Shown: positions 38,501-50,243 of the stretch, piece after piece
Layout: every line of letters starts with the position of its first letter
How positions within the stretch are numbered: position 1 is the first letter of the stretch
NCBI GenBank assembly: GCA_047967505.1
Contig: CM106538.1
DNA from: Dipteris shenzhenensis
Lineage: Eukaryota
DNA: 64,000 bases
Reading direction: 5' to 3' (one strand)
Translations under genes and position numbers: made by a program
The notes under the pieces: generated by a model
The model's input: only the letters and a program-made list of their open reading frames with translations
Told to the model about the DNA's origin: nothing
Databases searched by the model: none

Positions 38501-40924
38501 AAGTTTACAGTCAGTAGAGATGTTGTTTTTTATGAGATGAGCAGCTGGTATAAACCAGTAAATGTGATTGATGATGTAGATGCACAAAATGGTAATGTTG
38601 CATAGAATTCACCGTAGCAATCACAAAATATTAGTGGACCTATAGTGTTCTCTAGCAATGGTTCACATACTTCACCATGGACAGGCAGATTGAGATCAAG
38701 AGAATCTCCTCAAAGCAATGCAGATAGTGGTATGCAAGTATCACGAAAAGGAAAAGAGAAAGTGGATCAGCCCATTGTTGATGTGAATGCAAGTCACTCT
38801 TATGTGGATGGTGAATCCAGTGGCTCAAAATAGAGCCTTGATGATGAGTTGGGTATTCCTTCTATTGTTACACCTGGAGTAAGGAAGACAAGGGATGTTT
38901 TGAGAGCACTTGGTAGTGAGCCTATTTTGTGTAGGTCTACCAAAGCTAGGTATCCTATGGATAGGTTGAAATATGATGGATTTACAGCCATTCACTATGC
39001 CTATATGGTCAAAGTGATACATGAACCAGAACCCACTTCTTTTGAGTAAGCCATGGGAAAAGAAAAATGGGAGAAAGCCATGGATGAAGAAATGGATGCC
39101 TTGGAAGCAAATGCTACATGGGAATTGGTGCCTTTACCTAAAGACAAGAATGCAATTAGCTGCAAAAGGGTTTATAAGGTGAAGCACAATGCAGATGGTT
39201 CTGTGAACAGATACAAGGCAAGATTAGTTGTCAAGGGGTATGCACATGCATATGGCATTGATTATGAAGAAACATTCAGTCCGGTTGCAAGGATGGCAAC
39301 CATAAGAGCAGTCATTGCTATGGCTGCATCAAAGGGATGGTCTTTACATCAGATGGATGTAAAGAATGCTTTCTTGCATGGTGATTTGCAAGAAGAGGTC
39401 TATATGGAGCAGCCACCAGGTTATGTTCATGCTGTTCATCCTGAGTTTGTTTGTAGGTTGAAGAAAGCCTTGTATGGCTTGAAGCAAGCACCCAGCATGG
39501 TCTGACAAGATAGGATAGTATCTTGTCACTATTGGCTTTCAGATTTCCAAGGCCTATTTCTCACTTTATATGAGAAAAATAGAGAAAGGCATTATGCTGC
39601 TTGTCATTTATGTTGATGATTTGATCATCACAGGTGATAGTGATGAAGATATCCTTCATGTGAAAATGCTACTGAAGCAAAAGTTTGAGATGAAGGATTT
39701 GGGAGAGCTACGTACTTCTTGGGCATTGAGGTGATTAGATCCACAAGTGGGATATGGCTCTTGCAGAGGCAGTATGGATTGGACATGCTATCCAAATATG
39801 GGATGACAGGTTGTAAGCCTATTTCAATTCCTTTAGAGCAGAATGTGAAGTTGAGCGCAAATGCAGGTGAGCTTCTGGAAGACCCTACTATGTACAAACG
39901 CATAGTAGGAAGTTTGATTTATATGACTATTACCAGGCTAGATTTGAGCTATGCTATTGGTTTGGTAAGTCAGTTTATGTAGGCTCCAAGGAAACCGCAT
40001 TTGGATGCGGCTAGATGCATACTGAGGTATGTGAAGTCCACATTGTAGTATGGACTATTTTATGAGAGTGGGGTTTGTATACAGTTGCATGGATACACTG
40101 ATGATGATTGGGCTAGTAGTATTTCTTATAGATGATCTACCAGTGGATATGTATTCACTTTTGGGAGTGCTGCAGCCACTTGGAGTAGCAAGAAACAGCC
40201 TATAGTTGCCTTGTCGAGCACAGAGGCTGAGTACAGGGGTGCAACAATGGCTCTATGTGAGGCAGCTTGGTTGCATAAGCTACTTTATGATATGCATCAG
40301 TCTACAGATGGGCCAGTTGTCATTTATTGTGACAACATGAGTAGTATACACTTGGCAAATAACCTAGTCTATCATGCTAGAACAAAGCACATTGAGGTGC
40401 ATTATCACTATGTGCAAGAGAAGGTTCTAGTAGGTTTTATTGATCTAGTTTATGTCAGCACAGAGGATCAGGTAGCTGACATATTCACGAAGGCATTGGG
40501 TGTAGAGAAGCTACGCAAGTTTAGAGACCTGCTTGGTGTGTAGGAATTGGGATTGAGCTCGAGGGGGAGTGTTGAGATATCGAGCTCCACTCGTGATATG
40601 CTAGGGTGACTGTTGTGCATTTATGTCACCGACTTGTTAGCTGCGGATGCAGTTGGTACACTGCCCATGAATAATAGCTGGATGACAGCTATCTTTATGT
40701 ACTCTAGTTAGTGGCTCAGTTAGTATGCCACCTAGGTTAGCTGAGTTTGGTTTGAGAACCACATATAGGGTTCACCTATTCCTTTTGTACTTAGAGAGTT
40801 CTTTTGGCTTTCACAACTAAGAAGAGGAAAGGTGTTTTCAGCCTCCACCTTTGTGTGTATTCCCCCATTGCATATGTGAGAAAGCCGCAAGTGAGACTCC
40901 TTCCTTCTCTCCCACTCTCTCATA
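35579..40924 (+). mobile_element. Ty1/copia complex with three LTRs and one 5 bp TSD
   Basis: TSD GTTAT (35574-35578; 40925-40929). Partial LTR 35579-35770, RNaseH end + PPT 35772-35976, LTR 35977-36332, PBS tggtatcacagc 36333-36344, internal region, PPT 40561-40569, LTR 40570-40924. Confidence 0.95.
36876..40560 (+). pseudogene. Copia Gag-Pol polyprotein pseudogene (integrase core deleted)
   Basis: [99 protein letters not shown]. Many premature stops. Confidence 0.95.
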
Positions 40925-43699
40925 GTTATTTGTGATGCTATGGAGCCATCTTCCCCTATCATAGGTGGTTAATCTCATATTTGAACATCATCTCCTTTCA
41001 GCTGCACTTTGTTGGCAAGCGCAAGAATGTGTTGTCACGTTCAATCCAAGAGTACCATGAAGAGGGCCATTGTCATGTACACCCTTACTACTTAGAAATG
41101 TCTCCTACATGCATGGCAAGAATGGATTGGGTGTTTTTGAATGCACTATTCTAACTGATATTCAAAACGGTCAGAAGAGAGTGGAACTCCAAGAAGCATT
41201 TACTAGCCAAGTTTCGGACTGGGGTTATGGGCGAAAGGTATAATATTTTGATATTACAAATGCGCTTCTAATGCACATAGTGTTCTAGTGCTAACTATTT
41301 TCTTTCATGACTGTTACATGTGACATATTTCACTCATCGGATCACACAACTTATCGGTTATCAATGAGATTCTTGTGGTGGTATACAAGTTAGCCGGTTG
41401 TTTTACTTGCAACTCCATATAGCATATAGTCAAAACCCCTTGCCTCACCGGATGGATTTTGTTGCCAGATGGATCAGATGTTTCTATTTAGATTCGTGGG
41501 AACCATGTGGACTCTCTTCTCTACATAGACATCTCATTCCTAGAGCTTCATGCTACTAGTGTTGTCCAAACACACTCACTTTTGCTTGACATCAATCCTA
41601 GTGGCGCGTTTACTATAAACAGTGCTTGATCTGTCATAGAATTTGAGCTTGATGCATGATCATTATCCACACTTGAGGGAGTGAGTTGTTTGAGCTCCTT
41701 CTTGAATAACTAGTGTTGTAATAAGTGGTTTGCAACCAACACAAATTGTGAGTTATTTTATTTGGTTGATGTATGGACAAAAATTGTGTTCACAGTTAGT
41801 TGTATGATCTTCTCGATTTCCAAGAAATAAAATCAGTTTGCCTCACTAAAACTTTACTTGTCTCAATATATTTTTGCTTTGTTCTTTGAATCTTGAATGT
41901 TATTTTAAATTTGAATGGAGCGGCTGTCAATTTGAAAGATTCAAACATAGTGTAATTACATTATGTAATGTGAATTTAAAATGCTATTGAAGAAGTTTGA
42001 GACATACAAAACTTAAATTGTTACAGTTTATTTAGGTCAGTCTAGATTGGATTTGTGCTATGATCATTCTTCCTCATTGTCTAGTGCATATGTTAATACC
42101 AAAGTGGAGTACACCTTTGAATATTCATGGGAAAAAGACATGCTAGTGCAGACTGTGTTACTAATGTGGACATTGCTCTAGCCAAGAAGTTGTTCTCTTT
42201 GAATTGAATCTGAGAACATACAGCAAACTCGCACTTTATGAATTCATTTTCATATTGTTGCTTTGAAATTTGAGTCTGATCATACTTTAGTGATACCATT
42301 GTGACATTTTTAGCATTTTGCATAATTGTTTCATTTATTGAATCTATAAGGTTAATTACAAGGGTGCTTGTAAGGGTGCTGGTGCTGGGATGTTTTGGTA
42401 ACTAATCAGACACTGTACAGAAAATACTGCCTCCATTTGTGACATGACCAACTACCCTTTCTCTACAAGAGTGTACATGCTGGAATTGTCCATGTTACAA
42501 GGAGCACTTTCAAATACTACCGGAAAAATTGTTGGAATAGCATCTTGTACTATTGCAATTTATTTGATTTTAAGCCAAACAGTTCCACTAAGTTTTGAAT
42601 ATGCATGGAAATTCCTGGAGCTATCATAGGCTATGTGTCCAACAACAAGCGTAGTTGTAATATTGCATGTCCTACCTTTTCTCTGAAATGAATGTGACAT
42701 TCAACATACCAGAGAGTGGTTTTTAATGGTTCTATACCCGTTGCTCTGTTTATCCTACCATTCTTCAAAGTAATATGAGATTGTATGGACTAGAGAGTTG
42801 TTTCTATTGGCTCAATTACACTAATTGAGTTTGTTCTTTAGGTCCATGTACTACATCTGTCTTATGCGGTGTGATTAACAGCATATGGCTTAGTCTCACA
42901 TATTCTTCTTTTGTTGCACAATTTATCATTGCACTTATGAGCAGGTAGAATGGAAAACGAGAATGCATACTTAATCGAGTATGAAATTATGAGAATGAAT
43001 GAGTTTGAGATAAAACACCCGTCAAACACAAATGTTCTTCACTGCATGTCATTCTTCTTTGAAGACTACTCATTTGAACAACTTTTCAGCTTAATTAATG
43101 ACAGTGTGTACAATGAAGTAGGACGAATGTATGTTTGGTATAGGTTGTTAGTAAACACAGTGAACAGCCATTGCCAAGGGCAAATGTTCTTCAACTACTT
43201 GAAAGTGCTATCACTTCTAAGTTGCTAGTTTTCCAGATTTTGAAATTGTTCTCATCAACATTCAATGTACCTTTTAAGTTACTAAAGTACGATGGGAAGA
43301 CAATATCAACAATGCTTATTTTAAAAAGATCAAGACGTTCAAAGTGATATCATATGCTACTACTTGATCAAAGTGTGACAAACCATGTAATCCTTCCTAT
43401 GACAAGAAAAGAAAAAGTAGGATTGTACGTCAAATGGACATAAAAAGATGAAGAAGAGCAAGTTTTTCATCTCGTCAGAAGGCACTACTCCTTGCCTGCT
43501 GCTGCAAAAGTAGTGAGATTATTTTACAACACACTCCAAGACAATCAATACACTATCAAGGCTATAGAGAGGAAAGTGTATAGAGTCAGAGCGCATCCTA
43601 CGAAAGCAACAAACAATACAAACGAGAAGGCTTCATGTCACAACAGTGAAGCACTGCCGGGAGAGCATACATTGTGCTCGATAAAATTGAAAAAAGTTT

Positions 43700-44585
43700 G
43701 TTCAGAGGAAACTAGCTTCCCACTTTTTAAGTGAATACCACAAAGCCATCGGTGACACACCCCACTACCCATGTTCTTGTTGTGGTTCACTTATGTTCAA
43801 ATGAAAATTGGTAAGAGGAGTGCAAGGCTTCCCTGACCATGTGATCAGAGGCATGGAGAATGACCACACTAACAATTCATCAGAAAGAAATTTTGCAATC
43901 TATGTGCAAAACAATTACAACAACACAAGCTGCCCATACTCTCTAAACAAAACATGCATCTATCATACAACATACCATACGCATGCAAATTGAATGAAAT
44001 TAAAGCAAGGCTAGTAGCAATAAGAATTTTGTTCACTCAACTTAGAGAGTTATCGTGTGATGGACAATATGGATTGTGTGACAGCATTATCAATGTCCTT
44101 GCTGATATTGATAGGGCACAAAGACTACCCAGGTTTCTTAGAGACGACTCGACAATAGCTGTGGCAATATGTCAAAAGCTTGAATACACACACAATTACA
44201 TGAGTGGGACAATACATCCAACATTAACTATTCATGCTTTAAAAGATTTATTAGAAAGACTATTGTACAAGGAAAACAATGTCAAATTAAATCCATTATG
44301 GATTGACCACATACTTAACTTGCAAGACTACATGGACCAATGTGAAGAAACCACAAATAGCAATGATTTCATTGACCTTGAAGATTAGGTTCACACAGAT
44401 ACACTCGTGCATGGTATATATACTATACAACAGGTTGTTGACTTTGAGGACAAAACTATCATGGTTGCACCTTCCGAGGGATTCTCTTGACTCAACACTT
44501 TGAAAGACAAATTCTGTGAAGAACTAGCATTTTCACCACTATTCTATGGATAAGCAAGGAACTACAATATACCTGCACAAACATG
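43700..44585 (+). mobile_element. Helitron2/Helentron-type RepHel N-terminal fragment (DUF6570-like), truncated
   Basis: CSCCGSLMF; ICAKQLQQHKLPILSKQN; LNEIKARLVAIRILFTQLRELSCDGQYGLCDSIINV..LPRFLRDDSTIAVAICQKLEYTHNY; MVAPSEG; DKFCEELAFSPLFYG. Confidence 0.8.
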
Positions 44586-44989
44586 CTACATTAGGGGAGA
44601 ATTGGGGTCTCGAAAGGGCCCCCAATTAGTGTTTCCTAATTTCAAGGGATTAGTGAGGTATTTGAGGTGTACCAATGGGAGTGCTCCTTTTTGTGGGTCA
44701 ATGCCATGTTGAGGTGGAGGATGGGTAGACCTGAAAACAACCCCTATTCGCTACTCCTCTTACACCAGGGACCACTCAAACCATCCCCCCCCCCTCACCC
44801 ATGCTTGACCTTCCTCCCATATGCACCTCCCCCAAACAACCCTAAAAGTCATTCAAGATGTGGCAGGCCCTTTTAGGCAAATTTTCCCCCCCTCTCAGCT
44901 TGTTATAGGCCTTCCACCTCCACTTCTCTGGTCTAGCTCCATTCTTCCTCCATTTTTCAAATGTGGGAACTCATTTGGCAGCTTCTATG

Positions 44990-45180
44990 CCCCCTCCTGC
45001 CATCCCCTGCTACTCTTTCTCCCTCCATTCCTAGCTACAGTACCTCCTGTAGTGGATGCTCATCCCCCTTTGCTCTTTCTCCCTCCATTCCTAGCCACAA
45101 CACCTCTTGGAGCAGCTTCTCACCCCCCTCTGCTCTTTCTCCCTCCATTCCTAGCTACAGCACCTCTTGGATCTTCTCTC
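44990..45180. repeat. 60 bp tandem repeat, 3 copies
   Basis: ctctttctccctccattcctagc(t/c)aca at ~45013, 45073 and 45133. Confidence 0.9.
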
Positions 45181-45296
45181 AACCTTTAGTTGCACCCCCT
45201 ATACCTTCTCCCTCTCTCTCCCTCTATCGGAGCTTCTCTCTCCCTCCAAGCTACACTTTCTAGTCCACTATTGCTGTTGTGACCTCTGCACAAGCA

Positions 45297-46572
45297 TGGT
45301 AAGTAGACCATACATGTACTCTATGTCCCACAGGAGCAAAAATATAGTGGGTGAATGGGTGCCTTGCACCTACAGCTTGAATGATTGGATAGTCATGAGA
45401 GGATCTACCAAGGGTTAAGCTTCCCAAGAGAAAAAGAGGTGATCTTTTGCATGAATGGAAGGGCCGCATCATGAAGTTCAAGCTTGGGAAGAAAGGATGG
45501 CTTGCAAAGGTGCAACACATCTACATGGGGAAGGACATGTGCCTTCCTCGGTCAAGCAATCAGTCGACAATACCATCGCATTGTAAGTCTGCATTTTGTG
45601 TAAGATTTCAAAGTGTAATGAGTCATTTTGAAATAGCACCATTGTAATGAGTCAGTTTGAAATTGTATTTTGAAATAGCACTTGTGCATAGTAGATGTAT
45701 TTCCTTCAGAATTTGAGGAGTGGGAACCAACGAGTGCTTCTTAGATAAGTTTACTACCATTCATGAGGATTTAGGAAGGCAAATGCATGCTGGAGAGAAG
45801 TCCTCTACTTTGAAACAGAGAAATATCTATTGGTATAATGCCAAGTACATTACTCCAAGGATGACATCAAGCTATGGCCATCTTCAATGCATTGCAACAC
45901 CACAACTTGAAGACATGCATTACAGCATGGTGGACACAAGAATAGTGCAATCATACAAGGAAAAGATTGCAAAGGATGTGGGCATGGCCATGAAGTTTAC
46001 ATTTGGCTCTAAATGGGTAAGGTTGTCTTGGTTTATGCCTCTACACATTTTTGCTTCTTGTTTTCAAAATATCCAAATGCACAGAACAAAAACCATGTGG
46101 TCATGCAAGTGCCTACATGAGAATGCCCTTGAGGAATTGCTTGGGGTGAATTGGGGAAGCAAGTCAGGTGAACAAAAGGGTGATCTATTTCAATGCCATG
46201 TATGTAAGGACAATGTGGTTGTCAAGTACCACATCTCCTGCCAAATGTTATATTTTGCTTTCCAATATAGACACTAGAAGAAAACAGGTCCCCCTTGACT
46301 CTAACGACGATGATAATACAGGGGTAAGTTTATGTATTGGTTCTCATTTAGGAGATGTCAAGAATGTGACTGTCACGTCACAGTGGACTCTCAGGGACAT
46401 GCAGGAACGCCTATTGGTCATGCAGGATGGCATGTCTGAATCCTTTCACTTTATCGTAAATGGTGAAAAGGTAGGAAAGCGTGTAGAGAAGCACGTGCAT
46501 AGTGTCACTTTTATCCCTCCTTCAATATTGAAGATTGTAAACAGTGTGGGGTGGAACAATTGTGAGTTTTGA
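45297..46572 (+). pseudogene. Spliced BAH-like + unknown + ubiquitin-like domain gene, lightly disrupted
   Basis: YSLNDWIVMR..EWKGRIMKFK..AKVQHIYMGKD, a phase-1 GT-AG intron at 45583-45694, then YVFPSEFEEW..LDKFTTIHED..IYWYNAKY (BAH-like pattern). The C-terminus reads GDVKNVTVTSQWTLRDMQERLLVMQDGMSESFHFIVNGEKV (ubiquitin-like pattern). Confidence 0.5.
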
Positions 46573-46628
46573 CATTTTCCAATTAATAGTGGTGCAATTA
46601 ATTTTGATGTTTTGGATGGTTTTGTTTC

Positions 46629-48215
46629 ATGTCAATGTCAAGTTTTGCCCAAAAAAATTATAATTCTTTTTATTATTTATATTTAGAACATTTGGGTATA
46701 TATAGATTTAGTTTCAAAGTTTCACTATCATATAGCCATAGTTCTCCAAGCAACCAAACTACCATAGATTCTGCTAGGTTTGCCTTCCACGATTTCATCT
46801 CCCGTACTCCATTAGTTGATAGAGAGGAGGAGTTATTTCCAATCTTTGATAAGAGCATAGATGTCCTAGGCACCTACTTGGGATCCCGAGATGATTTTGA
46901 AGACCTCATCAAGTACATGCAAGACCACATCACGAGTTTTGCATATCAACTTGATGAGTTTACAAAAAGATGGGCCCTAATTGATTATTTGAAGTACTTG
47001 TTCAATGAAGAACCCAGGTTCGTAAAGTGTTTAGATCGCTTTCGAGCCCAGCTCACACCCCTAGGGTTTAGGGAGGTGGACATTGATGACCTCCTAGCAT
47101 GCAGAGTCATCGAAAACACAGGAGATAGGTTCCTATCCTAGGAAATGACCTTTATTTTCCTTCTCCAGGAGGGACAAATGGAAGAGGAGACCTCGACCTC
47201 AAGCCCTTCCCCTTCCCCTCCCCTTCCGATCCTCTTATTTCTATAGATGAGTCCATTATCTACAATGAAGAGCCCATAGATAAAGAAGCTGAGGAGTGAC
47301 CTCTTGAACCCCATTCTACTTCTCAAATTCCATCCACCTCGGGCACCACCTCTGTTGACCCCACAATAGTGATATGGTTTCTTGCTCCCCTTCTTGTCGA
47401 TGGAGAACAATACCTCTTTCTCCATGACATCGAGGTTATGTTTGGTCTCCAGGAGGATGAAGCTCTTGGTGTCCTATGTGGATATGAGGTGGACACGACT
47501 ATGCAAGAACTTGGGTTTTTGGGAGCAAATGTTTCAATAGAAGATTTTCTTGCTTTAACACTAGCCAAAATCAAATATGCAGAGACATCAATCTACTCTG
47601 ACCTACCTGATGTCCCAAAAGAAGCCTCCACATCTCATTTCGGATAACAAGAGGCCTTTTGATTCATCCTCATTGACAAAGAGGAAGGGATTGAGCATGA
47701 CGACTCCATAGTGGTAAGAAACTATGAGCTTTGAATTTCTTCTCCCTTGGTATAATTTTTCTTTGACGGAATATTAATGTAATTTTGGACTATTGCAGGA
47801 GGCATTTGAGGTCGACCTATTCTCATCTTGGCAATGCCTTGCTTGTAGTAGCTTTGGCTAAGATCACTCACTGGCACGAAAAAGGGCACTTTGTGGTTAT
47901 CCAAAAAAGTTTTCTCCACATGGCACTGATGACCTCCTAAAGTGCAAGGCCTTGTCACGAGTGATTCGTCATGCTGACATCAATCGCAATGCTGACAAGG
48001 TCATTTTGGTGAACCGCATGGTTGCCCTCAATGCTTTTGGAACCAATTTTCAAGGTATGGCATAGAGGCAGGATCCATGTCCCAAGCCAGCAAATGACAA
48101 TAACGTTGACTCTCTATCAACTAAGTTTAGAGCTAGGAGTGTATTTGGGAATTCAAAGCCCAATGTTCTCAGTGTTTTAGAGAAGAGAGAAAGGTTCTGA
48201 AGCCTTATCGTATAG
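46629..48215 (+). pseudogene. Unidentified disrupted ORF(s), probably transposon-borne
   Basis: Protein-like 170 aa and 92 aa ORFs on the same strand, with downstream CPQC / CSQC remnants. No family recognised. Confidence 0.3.
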
Positions 48216-49458
48216 AATTTTTATTTTATATGAATACAAATATACTTTTTATATAGTGTCCCATTTTGTGTTCTTTTACAAAATTTATTTTATATTGTCA
48301 TTGTATTTTGTAACTTTAATTATTGTTGGCATTAATATTTTCATTCACTATTCTGTTCAAAAGCATGCTATCAGATAAATTTTTGCGCTATAATGGTTGT
48401 TTCTGAGCAATCCAGTAAGAATCTCACTGTGGCGCAGAAGGAAAACTTCTGTTACTATGATCTGGCGATCGCCATAGCTGAGCTTGAAGAAGTGAAGACT
48501 TGGAGAAATGTAATTGTCATGGCATTATACCTCTAAGAATATGGAGAATGGTAGTAGCGCCATTCTCCATATGAAGTAAAGGAAAATGTCACTTTCGACA
48601 TAGAGAATTGTACAAAGTACTATACCCTATCACCACATCAATAAGGTTCTCAATGAAACACTTAAAATACAACAAAATATGCATTGCAAATAACCTTTAT
48701 CTTCTTCTCCACAACCTCATAAAAAGTGGCAGAGAAAATGCACTAGTATCATCAGAGAATGGTTCTAGTGCCAATCTCGAAATTTTGATAGATTGATGCA
48801 AATAAATTCAATTCAAACACTTTGGAAAAACAAACATAACAATGCATTGGGTCAATATCACACAAAACCAATATCAATTAAATACATGTATATGTATATA
48901 TGTATATGTATATATATATGTATACGTATATATATATCTATATGTATATATATATATATAGAATTTTTCACCACATTGTAGCGAGCTATAGAGCCCTGCA
49001 AGATTCATAAGTGTAGCCCCTCGAGAAGCCATCTCCTATAGAATGTAATTGGATCCCAAAGTGGTGACACAGTTCCTTGACAACTATAATGTCAACACAC
49101 ATGTCACCACCAGCATCAATAATGATAAGGGCCAACAAATCTATTGCACATCAACATAGGCACTTTACCGTAGGCCTTCAATCTCTCTATCCAAGGTTGT
49201 GAACCATTCCCACACCTATTGAGGGTTGGAATCCAAGTTGCAATAGATCATGGATTTCTCTACCCATTAGCACAAGGTAGGAATTTCCTTGGAAGACATC
49301 AAGGACCTCACCCATGTTAAACCTACTTGGTGCTCTGGTTCCTCACATGCGTTGAGCTGGTAGATCATCATAATGTCCTTCTTCTAAATTTTCTATTTAG
49401 CTCCACAACCTGAACAATCACCTCAAACTCCACCTCAAACTAGGCAAACCATTTCTTC

Positions 49459-49676
<218 letters not shown>

Positions 49677-50243
49677 CCATAGGGAGACACTCATGTATAC
49701 ATGATCATAACAACCCAAGCTCTTGTAAGCATGTGCCATAAGGAGAGCACAAGGACTATAATAAATCATGGCCCAATTTTTGAATATCTCACAAGAACCA
49801 TATAAAACCATTGGTCTAATTTTTTAGCTCTCACCCTAGACACACTTTTAAAAAGTGCAATCTGGATAGGCCATGCACACAATGAAGTTTTCTTAAATTG
49901 ATGGCATGGAATTATCATGCCACCAAACAAATATCCTAACATTATGTCAAGCTCAAACTATGCATGCTTCACGACGCTAACTTTAGAACACCTCCCGGCA
50001 CAAGATGCCATTGCACCCTTTGAACATCTATTTCTTTAATAACTCTAATTACAACATGTGCAATTCAATCCATTGTTGTGGAGGAATATTGGATGTTCCC
50101 CAAGATCTCTTTCCCACCTACCCCCTTCCTCCCAAAAAACTCAGCCCTCTTGTAAGTTCCCTCCCCCAACTCTAATTACATGGCATATATAAGAAACTTT
50201 TGTCTATGTGTATATGTGCATGCGTGCATGTGTGTGTGTGTGT

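Noticed and set aside
42950-43228. OTU protease-like ORF upstream of RepHel
   Set aside because: Only a vague resemblance, with no clear catalytic DGxC motif. Not called as a feature.
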